Virus record (IMG/VR): IMGVR_UViG_3300027769_001114
Coordinates: 66,482 to 130,481 of that record
DNA length: 64,000 bases
Direction: 5' to 3' (one strand)
Origin: a virus
Below, in pieces: positions 46,616 to 55,238 of the stretch. The translations under genes and the position numbers were made by a program. The notes beneath the pieces are model-generated. The model was given only the letters and a program-made list of their open reading frames with translations. It did not search any database and was not told where the DNA came from. Each line of letters begins with the position of its first letter. Position 1 is the stretch's first letter.

Positions 46616-46861
46616 TCATGACCAGACCTCGCCCATGAGTTCCCAACCATCTCGCTCAAAGACGGCGTTCAGGCTTGCCTTTTCTTTTCCCTCGGCATCT
46701 TCGTCGTAGTCGTCGTCGTCGGAGTCTCCGGTGACGTACCAAGGGCCTGATATTGAGCGACCGAAGTCAGGTTCGCCGTTCTTGTCGGCGATGATCTCAA
46801 ACTCAATACCGCAAGTTGTGTGAACCACCAACCAAATCTTCTTCTTCGTTACTGTTTCCAT
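46616..46861 (-). CDS. small acidic cassette protein
   Basis: Conserved RBS element and class A promoter. Confidence 0.7.
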   Translation of the reverse strand: METVTKKKIWLVVHTTCGIEFEIIADKNGEPDFGRSISGPWYVTGDSDDDDYDEDAEGKEKASLNAVFERDGWELMGEVWS

Positions 46862-46885
46862 AGCGACCTCCTTGGTCTTCATTAC

Positions 46886-46926
46886 TTGACACAAAGTATC
46901 GTACACAATAGGTATGACAAAGTCAA
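46886..46926 (-). promoter_or_regulatory. class A promoter unit
   Basis: TTGACT-17-TACGAT-6-TGTCAA. Confidence 0.8.
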
Positions 46927-46970
46927 CCATTGGAGCGGAAAATAATCTCGAAGTTTTTTTCGTTCAGTAG

Positions 46971-47011
46971 TTGACTCCGTGCCACCTTGGGTATACCATG
47001 GTCTCTGTCAA
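46971..47011 (+). promoter_or_regulatory. class A promoter unit
   Basis: TTGACT-17-TACCAT-6-TGTCAA. Confidence 0.8.
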
Positions 47012-47042
47012 GGAGATACCGAGACAGACTAAGGAGGTCATT

Positions 47043-47222
47043 ATGGAAGCAACATCAACTCCACATGACGAACTCACACTCGTTACCTGCGCCTGTGGTT
47101 GCGGGGAGCAATGGATTGTTCCTTGGGATGAATACGACTACATCAAGTCTCAAAAGGGCGGACGGTTTTACTACTTGTCTACCTGCGAAGCAAAGAGGCC
47201 CGCACACTTCCGTGTGGGTTGA
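47043..47222 (+). CDS. small Cys-containing cassette protein
   Basis: CACGCG...C; RBS element variant GACTAAGGAGGTC. Confidence 0.7.
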   Translation: MEATSTPHDELTLVTCACGCGEQWIVPWDEYDYIKSQKGGRFYYLSTCEAKRPAHFRVG

Positions 47223-47230
47223 TCGTTATA
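47200..47230 (+). promoter_or_regulatory. class B promoter-like unit
   Basis: CCGCACAC-14-ATCGTTATA. Confidence 0.7.
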
Positions 47231-47263
47231 CAAACAACAACAACAATGACCAAGGAGGTCACC

Positions 47264-47683
47264 ATGGAAGTAACCAAAGAGTTAGCAGTTCAAGTCAGTG
47301 CCGAGATCAAAAAAGCGGTGGAAGAAATCCTCGCCAAGCACGGTCTCGCCGAACCCAAAGTGAAGACGACTTACGGAGACATCTACAAGTTAGTCATTGA
47401 GAGTTCCGTCGAAGCCAAGGACGCATCAGGCGTAAACACAAAGTCCGCCGAAGCGATCTACTACACACGATTCGGATATACGGCGTACGACGCGGCGTTC
47501 AAGGCGACCGAACTCGTTGCCCCACTCGGCACAAAGTTCAAGACGGGCGGAGTTGAGTACGCCTTCGCAGGCATCAACTCAAAGAAGCCAAAGTTCTCCA
47601 TCTCGGCGATCAGGGTCGCCGACGGTCGGACGATCGCCATGACCGATGTGGTCGTGCCACTCATCAACTCTTCCGCCTCCTGA
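47264..47683 (+). CDS. cassette hypothetical protein
   Basis: LGTKF..GG.EY...GIN..KPKF; conserved RBS element. Confidence 0.75.
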   Translation: MEVTKELAVQVSAEIKKAVEEILAKHGLAEPKVKTTYGDIYKLVIESSVEAKDASGVNTKSAEAIYYTRFGYTAYDAAFKATELVAPLGTKFKTGGVEYAFAGINSKKPKFSISAIRVADGRTIAMTDVVVPLINSSAS

Positions 47684-47704
47684 CACAAAAGGAAGAGTCC
47701 CCCA

Positions 47705-47739
47705 AAGCACCCTCGGCAGAAAGTTTGCCGAGGGTGCTT
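47705..47739. terminator. strong hairpin overlapping the next -35 box
   Basis: AAGCACCCTCGGCA-gaaagtt-TGCCGAGGGTGCTT. Confidence 0.7.
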
Positions 47740-47777
47740 GACATTGTGGGTCAAGTTCGGTCTAATGAATGTGTCAA
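47738..47777 (+). promoter_or_regulatory. class A promoter unit (divergent)
   Basis: TTGACA-17-TCTAAT-5-TGTCAA. Confidence 0.6.
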
Positions 47778-47801
47778 CGAAATACGACCAAGGAGGTCAT
47801 T

Positions 47802-48083
47802 ATGAACGGAACACAGAACGGGTGGCACTCACCCATGTACTACAAGGTCAGGAGCACCGTCAGGTTCGTCTTCTGGACGGGTCTGATTGGCGGAACGGTG
47901 TTGGTCGGCAAGTGGTTGGTCGACACCGCCTACGGCGATCAGAGACCCGCCTGCCCCGTCGTCGTGAAGCCCGACTTCACGTGGGCGAGGTCTGATGCGA
48001 CAACCGCCTTCTCTCTCGCCGACTGTCGTCCACCACAGAATGTCGTCCTCTACAACGACGGCACTTGGGGTTGGGAGAACTGA
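47802..48083 (+). CDS. small membrane-anchored cassette protein
   Basis: One TM segment; conserved RBS element. Confidence 0.7.
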   Translation: MNGTQNGWHSPMYYKVRSTVRFVFWTGLIGGTVLVGKWLVDTAYGDQRPACPVVVKPDFTWARSDATTAFSLADCRPPQNVVLYNDGTWGWEN

Positions 48084-48084
48084 T

Positions 48085-48939
48085 TCACCGTGGGTCGGCG
48101 GGCATGACGCTCGCCGACCACACCCACGCCTCGGTCTTCGCACGAACGACCCAACTTCCCTCATCAAGCGTTACCTCCGCCCGGTCGGCGTCAGGCCCCG
48201 GGCGTTCGGCGTCGAGCCATCTACATACCGTGACTAGCGACGACCAAGCGTCGAGGCGGCCGTCTGAGGCTGCGTTCCACTTGCCGGCAAGCGTGTCGAG
48301 GACGTCCTTTCGGTTCTCCTCCCGCTTCTTCGTCCGGTTCTTCGCAAGGAATAGGCCCGAGCACGCCTGGACGAAAGCTGCTGGTGGGAGCTGAGTCTTC
48401 TGCATCGCAGCTTTTGACGACGCGGCTTTCGACTTCCAATCGCTAATGAACTCGGCGATGTCTTCTGATTCAGCGATGCGGGCCTCAAGCGTCGGCCCGT
48501 GCGGCCAGCTGAGACCCGGCTTCGACCCGACCCGGACGAGCGCGCCGGCCTCCTCGACATAAGGAGTCACGGTCAACCCGCCACTCCCGGTGTGGGCCGA
48601 GGTGACGACGACGCACATCGAGCCGCCGATGTCGACTTTTGCCCAGAACCTTCGACCCGACCCGGTCTCGCCGCTCCGGGTTACTTTACCGCCAGTCGAG
48701 AGGGCCACCCCTCGAGCGATGCTGATTACTTCTCGATTCTGCACCGGGTGCCATCTCGACCCAACGACGTCGATTGCGCGTCCTCCGGCCATCACGACGT
48801 TCCTTCCGGGGATTTCGACGAGGCCGTCAGGCCCGATGCCAAAGGCCGGAGAAAGCGTGACTTCCCAGTCGTGGGCGGGGTCGATCAAGTCGCCGTGCGT
48901 GCCACCGACAAAGGCGGCTGTTTCTTCAGCTTGGTTCAT
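48085..48939 (-). CDS. DUF932-like protein
   Basis: DW.V, VVGSRWHPVQN.E, G....GRR.W, SAH.GSG, AW......WLD. Confidence 0.6.
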   Translation of the reverse strand: MNQAEETAAFVGGTHGDLIDPAHDWEVTLSPAFGIGPDGLVEIPGRNVVMAGGRAIDVVGSRWHPVQNREVISIARGVALSTGGKVTRSGETGSGRRFWAKVDIGGSMCVVVTSAHTGSGGLTVTPYVEEAGALVRVGSKPGLSWPHGPTLEARIAESEDIAEFISDWKSKAASSKAAMQKTQLPPAAFVQACSGLFLAKNRTKKREENRKDVLDTLAGKWNAASDGRLDAWSSLVTVCRWLDAERPGPDADRAEVTLDEGSWVVRAKTEAWVWSASVMPADPR

Positions 48940-49002
48940 GGGTCGATGCTACGCCCGGGTCGCAGCTTGCGCCACTCGGTCGAGCGTGGGTATGATCCGT
49001 CG

Positions 49003-49236
49003 ATGACGCTGAAAGCTAACCCGAAGACACACCGGTGTTCGTCGACGCTTGATTACTCTGACGTCGCCGGCGGGAAGATTGTCTGTGTCGAGTGCGGCAG
49101 AAAATGGATACTGATGATCAACACCGGCAAGGACGGAAGGGAGTGGCCCAAGTGGACGCCCTCTCCATGCCCAGGATGCGCCGGGGTCGGGGGCAAATGC
49201 ACTTGCTGGCGAAGCTCCATAGCCCGGAAGCGCTGA
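49003..49236 (+). CDS. small Cys-rich protein
   Basis: HRC, CVECG, CPGC..CTC. Confidence 0.5.
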   Translation: MTLKANPKTHRCSSTLDYSDVAGGKIVCVECGRKWILMINTGKDGREWPKWTPSPCPGCAGVGGKCTCWRSSIARKR

Positions 49237-49505
49237 TGCACATCATCGTTCATGTCAAAGACCTCAGCGGCCGGCGCGACCCTGCGTGCGCCTGGGAAGA
49301 CTATGAGTCACGGACGCAGCTCGAGGCCGCAGATCGAGCGTGGAAGATCTGCAATGGGTTCTTCGGCAACCTGAGCAGCTGGGAACTCGAGGCCCGCAGC
49401 TCTTTCGAGGCGGCAGCACCCGGTTTGTCGATCGGCCCCGGAGACTTTGTCGAGGTCGACGGAGTCAGATGGACGTGTCGACCCGTCGGTTTCGAGCGTT
49501 CTTAG
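49236..49505 (+). CDS. small hypothetical protein
   Basis: LSIGPGDFVEVDG.RW.C..VGF. Confidence 0.55.
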   Translation: MHIIVHVKDLSGRRDPACAWEDYESRTQLEAADRAWKICNGFFGNLSSWELEARSSFEAAAPGLSIGPGDFVEVDGVRWTCRPVGFERS

Positions 49506-49702
49506 TCTTCGCCCAGCTCGAACAGAGTCGATTCGCCGCCGACATACCGGAGGCCCAACTCGTCGACAATGACCGTGGCCATGTCGATCAGCTCTGCTTG
49601 CTGCGCTTCAACTTCCGCTTCATCACCAACCGTGACTTCAAGCGATGTCTTCACCCTACGGATCAGTTCGAGACGTGCTTCTGATTCAGATCTTGTTCCC
49701 AT
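49502..49702 (-). CDS. small hypothetical protein
   Basis: 66-aa ORF. Confidence 0.45.
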   Translation of the reverse strand: MGTRSESEARLELIRRVKTSLEVTVGDEAEVEAQQAELIDMATVIVDELGLRYVGGESTLFELGED

Positions 49703-49785
49703 TGGGTCGACGGTAACCGAACCGGCCCTGAAAGTCAAGCCATCAGCGCCACGACAACGAGCGGGCAAATGATAGCGTTATCGAC

Positions 49786-50325
49786 ATGATCAAAAAATAT
49801 GCAGCAATCATTGCCTACCTAGCAACAATCCCCCTTGCCAACTGGTTCATCAGCAACGTTGGTACTCAGTCCTTCCCGGAAGGCCCGCACACGATCCCGG
49901 TCGGCTTCGGTTATCAGGCCCCGTCCGGCGTGCTGCTGATCGGCATCGCCCTCTTCACCCGTGACTATGTGCAGGAGAAGTTCGGGAAGAGGAACGTTCT
50001 CATCGCCATTGCGGCCGGCATTGTCATCTCGTTCTTCGTGAACCCGGATGTCGCAGCAGCTTCAGCGGTGGCCTTTGCGGTCGGCGAAATCGTCGACTTC
50101 TTCGTTTACACCCGAGTCAAGCGTAAGTCGATTGCGCTTGCCGTGGTCTTCTCCGGGGTCGTCGGCGGCATCATCGACTCATTCCTTTTCCTTCAGATAG
50201 CGTTCGACTCGACCAACTTCTGGCAGGGTCAGGTCATTGGAAAGACGTGGATGGCACTGCTCGGTGGGTTGATCATTTGGGGCTACCGTGCTCTATCTCA
50301 CCGGCTGCATCCCCAAGAAGCCTGA
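49786..50325 (+). CDS. VUT/YhhQ-family (queuosine-precursor transporter-like) membrane protein
   Basis: ANW, G.AL..RD.VQE..G, A.AS..AF..GE..D..VY, DS.LFL..AF, GQ.IGK. Confidence 0.8.
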   Translation: MIKKYAAIIAYLATIPLANWFISNVGTQSFPEGPHTIPVGFGYQAPSGVLLIGIALFTRDYVQEKFGKRNVLIAIAAGIVISFFVNPDVAAASAVAFAVGEIVDFFVYTRVKRKSIALAVVFSGVVGGIIDSFLFLQIAFDSTNFWQGQVIGKTWMALLGGLIIWGYRALSHRLHPQEA

Positions 50326-50962
50326 GCTGCAAAGGCTGCTCCTCGACAACTCGATTGGAGCGATGCTGACGCCGTTCAGTCAGCGCAACGCTCCCTCAAC
50401 TGAGTGGGCCTGGGCTGCTGATAATGGATGCTTTGCTGAACGCTGGGATGAGCGGGTCTGGCTCAACTGGTTGAAGGTGAAGCAACACCCGGAGTCGGCC
50501 CTCTTTGCGACTGTCCCGGACGTTGTGGCCGACCACGCCGCGACGCTTGAACGCTGGGGTCGATACCACGCCACCGTGACTGATGCTGGATACAAGCCGG
50601 CCTTCGTCCTGCAGGACGGGGTGATCCTCGACGAGATCCCATGGGCCGAGATGGGCGCGTTGTTTATCGGCGGCTCGACTGAGTTCAAGCTGTCCGGCAC
50701 GGCCCGGGAAGCTACGCAGATTGCGAAGAGCGAACGCAAATGGGTACATATGGGTCGAGTTAACTCGAAGAAGCGGGTCAAAATCGCCCGGGAGTGGGGC
50801 TGCGACTCGGTCGACGGGACGTACTTAGCCTTCGGCCCGGATCACAACACACCCCGGCTGATCAGGATGATGCAGCACGACCCGCCAGTCACGCCTACGC
50901 TCTGGGACATTGACCTCGAGCCGTCAACCGGCCCCGCCGAGAACTTCCCTCCCACGACTTGA
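50288..50962 (+). CDS. TGT/DpdA-like guanine transglycosylase-fold protein
   Basis: WAADNGCF, PDVV.D...TL, FVLQDG, LFIGGS, HMGRVN, DSVDGT; overlaps the VUT gene. Confidence 0.6.
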   Translation: MLYLTGCIPKKPELQRLLLDNSIGAMLTPFSQRNAPSTEWAWAADNGCFAERWDERVWLNWLKVKQHPESALFATVPDVVADHAATLERWGRYHATVTDAGYKPAFVLQDGVILDEIPWAEMGALFIGGSTEFKLSGTAREATQIAKSERKWVHMGRVNSKKRVKIAREWGCDSVDGTYLAFGPDHNTPRLIRMMQHDPPVTPTLWDIDLEPSTGPAENFPPTT

Positions 50963-51034
50963 CGCCACGCTCGGTGGGCCTGTAGTGTTTCTCAGACCGG
51001 CGGGAATACCCGTCCACGATAAAAGGAGCCAATC

Positions 51035-51514
51035 ATGGCAAACGGAATACAAACAACGGTGGCAGGCAACCTGACCGCCGACCCCGAACTAGCGGTTCTC
51101 GGGTCCGGAGCGTCGAAACTGACGTTCTCGATCGCTTGCGAACGCTCGTGGAAGAATGACAAAGGCGAGTGGGAGAACGAAACATCATTCGTCGACTGCA
51201 TCGCTTGGCGACAAATGGCCGAAGATGCGGCTGGAGTTCTTGAAAAGGGCCTCAGGGTCGTCGCAACTGGACGCTTTGAGCAACGCTTCTGGGACAACGT
51301 CGACACCGGCAAGAAGCAGTCGAAGTGGCAGTTCGTTGTCGACGAAGTTGCCATCAGCACCAAAGTGATCGAGTCTCTCGTTCGCAAGCGCCGTGGCGAT
51401 GCCGAAGGGTCACGCCCAGCAGCTGGCGGACGTCAGCAGCAGTCAGGTGGAGCAGCTCGAGCAGCATCGGCAGCTCGTCGACCCGCACCAAGCAGCAACG
51501 ACGAAGAATGGTGA
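51035..51514 (+). CDS. ssb: single-stranded DNA-binding protein
   Basis: VAGNLTADPEL, F.IA..R, TSFVDC.AWR..AE, KG.RV..TGR..QR. Confidence 0.93.
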   Translation: MANGIQTTVAGNLTADPELAVLGSGASKLTFSIACERSWKNDKGEWENETSFVDCIAWRQMAEDAAGVLEKGLRVVATGRFEQRFWDNVDTGKKQSKWQFVVDEVAISTKVIESLVRKRRGDAEGSRPAAGGRQQQSGGAARAASAARRPAPSSNDEEW

Positions 51515-51703
51515 GCTAGCCTCGCTAACTAAGTCATTTAGTTCTCCCATGCCCGACCCCCCGGAAGGCATGGGGGGGAAACCCCGGCCCGCGTCGCTCC
51601 TCCTTGGGACGTCGGAGCCGGGGTCTTCCATTTTGTAGGAGGAAGAAATGAGAATAGAAGACCTAACCGCCGGCCTCGAAGCCGCAAGGGCCGAGAACTC
51701 CTG

Positions 51704-52138
51704 ATGCCCAGGCCAGAGGGAGAAGCGTGGAAGACCGGGGGTTACGGCACCACGGTCTGGCATCAACGCCTCGACTGCGGCCACGTGATGTCGAAGAAGC
51801 GGAAGCTGAAGCCGGAGGTCGACATCGACTGCCCGGAGTGCCAGGAACTCGAGGAGCAGCGACGTTCGTTCGAGAGGATGCCCGACCCGGAAGTCACGGA
51901 CGCTGGCCAGCACGAGTACATCGAGGCGACCGTGCTCGGCCCCGACCTCGACTCGGTGTCAGCTGCTCTCGAGCGGGCGGCTTTCTCGAGGGCCGCCATC
52001 GCTCACGGCCTCGGTGTCATGGTCGAACAGGTCGAGATCGTCGTGGGGGACACCGGCATCGAGGGTGGAATGATCGTCCTCGGCCCCGGTGACGTGATTT
52101 CTCTTGTACAGAAGTTGACAAGGGGTAACGAGAAGTAG
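51704..52138 (+). CDS. hypothetical protein with Zn ribbon
   Basis: LDCGH...CPEC. Confidence 0.55.
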   Translation: MPRPEGEAWKTGGYGTTVWHQRLDCGHVMSKKRKLKPEVDIDCPECQELEEQRRSFERMPDPEVTDAGQHEYIEATVLGPDLDSVSAALERAAFSRAAIAHGLGVMVEQVEIVVGDTGIEGGMIVLGPGDVISLVQKLTRGNEK

Positions 52139-52144
52139 TACAGT
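52115..52144 (+). promoter_or_regulatory. sigma70-type promoter
   Basis: TTGACA-18-TACAGT. Confidence 0.6.
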
Positions 52145-52198
52145 TACCAAGTCGCCTCAGGGCGGCACTACCTATACACATAAACCAAGGAGGTAACG

Positions 52199-52681
52199 AT
52201 GACACCAAAAGACATCGACGAAGAATACAAGGCAGCCGTTACAGCTCTACAGGAGGCCCACGGATCGTGGACATCTGCGATGAATGATCCTGAGTGGGTC
52301 GTCATTAGCGAGCGCAGTCGGGCGAAGTACGCCATGATGCTGAATCCGGAGACAGAACCCGAGAGGGTGATGACGATGTTCTCTATTGACCGCCGTGTCA
52401 AGGAGGAGATCCTCGGTCGAGCGGTTGAGTTCGCTCCGAAGAAACGCAAGGACGCCTACAAAGTGGCGATCCTTGAGTGGGCCGCCGAGAACGTCGGTGC
52501 CATCGTTACCGCATCAGCACTCGCCGCTCAGTGCGACACCACGTCGTCGAGCGTCCGAGGTTTCATCAACGAACGCCCGGACATGTTCTGGGCAGCAAAG
52601 AAGAAGGGTTCGTACGAAGTGCGCGACCCGAAAGCAGACCGAGAGGCCGAGAAAGCGGCCGGAAAAGGGAAGAAAACATGA
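52199..52681 (+). CDS. hypothetical protein, possible winged helix
   Basis: ACCAAGGAGGT RBS element. Confidence 0.7.
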   Translation: MTPKDIDEEYKAAVTALQEAHGSWTSAMNDPEWVVISERSRAKYAMMLNPETEPERVMTMFSIDRRVKEEILGRAVEFAPKKRKDAYKVAILEWAAENVGAIVTASALAAQCDTTSSSVRGFINERPDMFWAAKKKGSYEVRDPKADREAEKAAGKGKKT

Positions 52682-53457
52682 AAAATAACCAAACCAACAA
52701 GTCAGCTATGACCCGGGACGAGACAATGGCGGCCATGTACGTGGCCGGCAAGACACTCCAGGAGATCGGCGATGCGTACGGCGTGACTCGCGAGCGTGTC
52801 CGTCAGGTGCTGTCGAAACAGGACGTCTCAAGGCGCAAGCCGCTTGACCAGGCCCGCCGGACTCACAATGCGTCGGTCGAAGCAAACCGGGGAACCATCC
52901 TTAGACTCTTCGAGAAGACGCGCAATGTGAAGGAAACCGTTGCTCTTCTTTCGGGAGGCATCCCCGCAAGGGTCGTACGCGAGGTGCTTGCCCCCGTGGC
53001 ACATACTCAGGTGCTAACCAGGAAGGGCTCGGATAAGGACTTCAGCGACGATCAGATCTCCGCCGCAATCATTGAGGCAGAACGACTCGGTTTCACGAGC
53101 GTCATCTCGTACGGAGCGTGGAGAGAAGCGCAAGCGAAGAAGGGCCGTCGTGTTCCGTCGGTCGCAACCATCACGGTTCGGCATGGATCATGGTCGTCGG
53201 CCCGTCGCATGGCGGGTGCTCGCGTCGTCACTGAGCGAATGTCGCCGTCGTGTCAGGTGTTCACCGATCAGCAGATCCAAGAGTCAGTCGACAGGTTCGT
53301 CACAGCGGTTGTCCAAGTCGGGTCAACGCCCACGACACGCCGTTACGACGAGTGGTCAAGGAAGGTCGGCGACGTCCCGTTGCTCTCAACCGTCCGTGCC
53401 CGAACAGGAAAGTCATGGTCATCCTTGACAAGGGAGTCCTTGACTCGCTATTCTTGA
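52678..53457 (+). CDS. sigma region-4-like HTH plus two helical repeats
   Basis: TLQEIGDAYGVTRERVRQV; two FSD.QI...Y..W....VP...T...R.G.SW repeats. Confidence 0.72.
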   Translation: MKNNQTNKSAMTRDETMAAMYVAGKTLQEIGDAYGVTRERVRQVLSKQDVSRRKPLDQARRTHNASVEANRGTILRLFEKTRNVKETVALLSGGIPARVVREVLAPVAHTQVLTRKGSDKDFSDDQISAAIIEAERLGFTSVISYGAWREAQAKKGRRVPSVATITVRHGSWSSARRMAGARVVTERMSPSCQVFTDQQIQESVDRFVTAVVQVGSTPTTRRYDEWSRKVGDVPLLSTVRARTGKSWSSLTRESLTRYS

Positions 53458-53506
53458 CAGTTCGTACTAATACACATTCCAACACACGTTTACCAAGGAG
53501 GTAACA

Positions 53507-54043
53507 ATGAAGAAGAAACCAAACATAATGATCTCTACCCGTTGGGAGGCGGCACGATGGTGCCACTCCTATGACCATGTCCTTACGGTGTTCTCGCCGT
53601 GGTGGCATTGCGATTGGGGCCACGGCGACCATCTGATCGTCGAGTTCCAGGATCGCTACCTTGACCGAGAGGGCGCACCGACGCTTTCTCAGATTGACGA
53701 CATCCTCTGTTGGGCATACCCACGGCTGATGCCCTTTTCGGCCACTCAGGACGATTCAATGTTGATCCACTGCAAGGCAGGTCAGTCTCGTTCAACGGCG
53801 GTTGCGATTGCCATCTGTGCGATGATCGGGATGTCCGAGGAGGAGGCATTTAGCTATGTCTACTCAGAGTGCCGTCCCGCCGGGAAGGTGGGCGTGCGCC
53901 CGTTCATACCTAATATGCGAGTCCTTGAACTTGCTGACGAACTATTGGGCACGAACCTCGTGTCGGCCCATGTCTCGCTTGACGCCACAAAAGAACCCGA
54001 GTGGATGTCTGGCTACCCACGGCTGCTGGATGTGAAGCGATGA
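53507..54043 (+). CDS. protein tyrosine phosphatase-like protein
   Basis: LIHCKAGQSRSTA (CX5R), EFQD, PN. Confidence 0.85.
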   Translation: MKKKPNIMISTRWEAARWCHSYDHVLTVFSPWWHCDWGHGDHLIVEFQDRYLDREGAPTLSQIDDILCWAYPRLMPFSATQDDSMLIHCKAGQSRSTAVAIAICAMIGMSEEEAFSYVYSECRPAGKVGVRPFIPNMRVLELADELLGTNLVSAHVSLDATKEPEWMSGYPRLLDVKR

Positions 54044-54327
54044 GCGAACTCGACATACCCTCGGGACGCCATGCTGAGTGGCGATCCATTATCAAGCACA
54101 AACAACTTGAGATGGCTACAAACCTGTTGAAGGAGATGCGCAGCATCAACCCCGATATACCCAAAGACATTGACGCAATGACCCTGCTAGATGCTTTGGG
54201 TTGTGCCGGCCTGTCCCTTGCCGTCGGCGAGTGGGCCTCGTCGACGTTCATTGAGAACCTCGAGACAACTCGGCCGTGGTCGGACTTAAGTCAGCTGTTG
54301 CCGGACATGGGCGAGGTGGAGTCATGA
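54040..54327 (+). CDS. hypothetical protein
   Basis: ATGA-coupled. Confidence 0.6.
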   Translation: MSELDIPSGRHAEWRSIIKHKQLEMATNLLKEMRSINPDIPKDIDAMTLLDALGCAGLSLAVGEWASSTFIENLETTRPWSDLSQLLPDMGEVES

Positions 54328-54650
54328 CACAGAGCAGCACAACGTGGCGTGACTCGGCGGCGTGCCGCGGGGTTGAGAAGGACTTCTACCCGGCGTCCGG
54401 CAAGAACAATCTGAGGGTCAGGGCCATCGTAAAGGAGGCCCTGGCGATGTGTAACGGCTGCCCCGTCCGGCTCGACTGCCTGAACTGGGCGGTCGAGAAC
54501 AAGGAGTTCTACGGCATCTGGGGAGGGACGACCGAACGTGAGCGCAGGCTAATGATTGAGAACCACGCCCCCTTTGCTGATACGACCATTCGTATGCCGA
54601 TCGTTGAGATAGGTAGCATCATGCTCCCAAGGGAGAAGGAAAGTGAATGA
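54324..54650 (+). CDS. whiB: WhiB family transcription factor
   Basis: WRDSAAC, C.GCPVR.DCL.WA, GIWGGTTERERR. Confidence 0.93.
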   Translation: MTQSSTTWRDSAACRGVEKDFYPASGKNNLRVRAIVKEALAMCNGCPVRLDCLNWAVENKEFYGIWGGTTERERRLMIENHAPFADTTIRMPIVEIGSIMLPREKESE

Positions 54651-54877
54651 GGATGGATCACGAAGCGATGCGGACGGCCCTGACGAACGTCGTCGGCCGT
54701 CCGCCCACATCAGCCGGAGGCTGGGTCTACCTTCCGGGACAAGCTTCCCGGGAGTCACGGCTGCTCGACGCCGGGTGCCGGCTGTTCGACGCGCTCGACT
54801 GCTACCGCGGGTCGAGAGACCCGGTAACCGAGGCCGCTCTGAGGGCGTGGGTCGAAGCAACCGGGGACGTGAAATGA
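54647..54877 (+). CDS. small hypothetical protein
   Basis: ATGA-coupled. Confidence 0.5.
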   Translation: MRMDHEAMRTALTNVVGRPPTSAGGWVYLPGQASRESRLLDAGCRLFDALDCYRGSRDPVTEAALRAWVEATGDVK

Positions 54878-55062
54878 GGGCCTGGATGCTCGCCTTCCTC
54901 GCTCCGGCGATGCTTTTTGGCATCTTCCTCGCTAGCCGCATCCTCGAGGCACTCGACGAGGACGCCGAAGAGGGCCGGAAGTTAGTCGAGGCCGGCGATG
55001 ACGAGCTAATGAAGAGCATCGTTACCGGATGGGCCGAGAAGAATAAGGGCGGCTCAAAGTGA
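54874..55062 (+). CDS. small membrane-anchored protein
   Basis: N-terminal hydrophobic segment; coupled. Confidence 0.5.
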   Translation: MRAWMLAFLAPAMLFGIFLASRILEALDEDAEEGRKLVEAGDDELMKSIVTGWAEKNKGGSK

Positions 55063-55238
55063 GTCGTGTGGAGTCACGGTACGAACGCGCCGACTTCCTC
55101 CGGGCGGACAACGCACTGCAGCTAGTCGAGGCGCTGGCTCGTCAGATCGACGACCCGGAGCTTCTCTCGACGCTGCTGTCAAGGATCACGTCGGTGGCCG
55201 AGGCCGTTGCGTACCGTTCAACGCGGGGAGTTTCCTGA
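55059..55238 (+). CDS. small hypothetical protein
   Basis: 59-aa GTG ORF coupled on both sides. Confidence 0.5.
   Translation: MSRVESRYERADFLRADNALQLVEALARQIDDPELLSTLLSRITSVAEAVAYRSTRGVS

Noticed and set aside
31295-53457. Region-4-like HTH proteins (31295, 52678) as the sigma factor for class B promoters
   Set aside because: Neither shows a recognisable sigma region 2, so they cannot be called sigma factors
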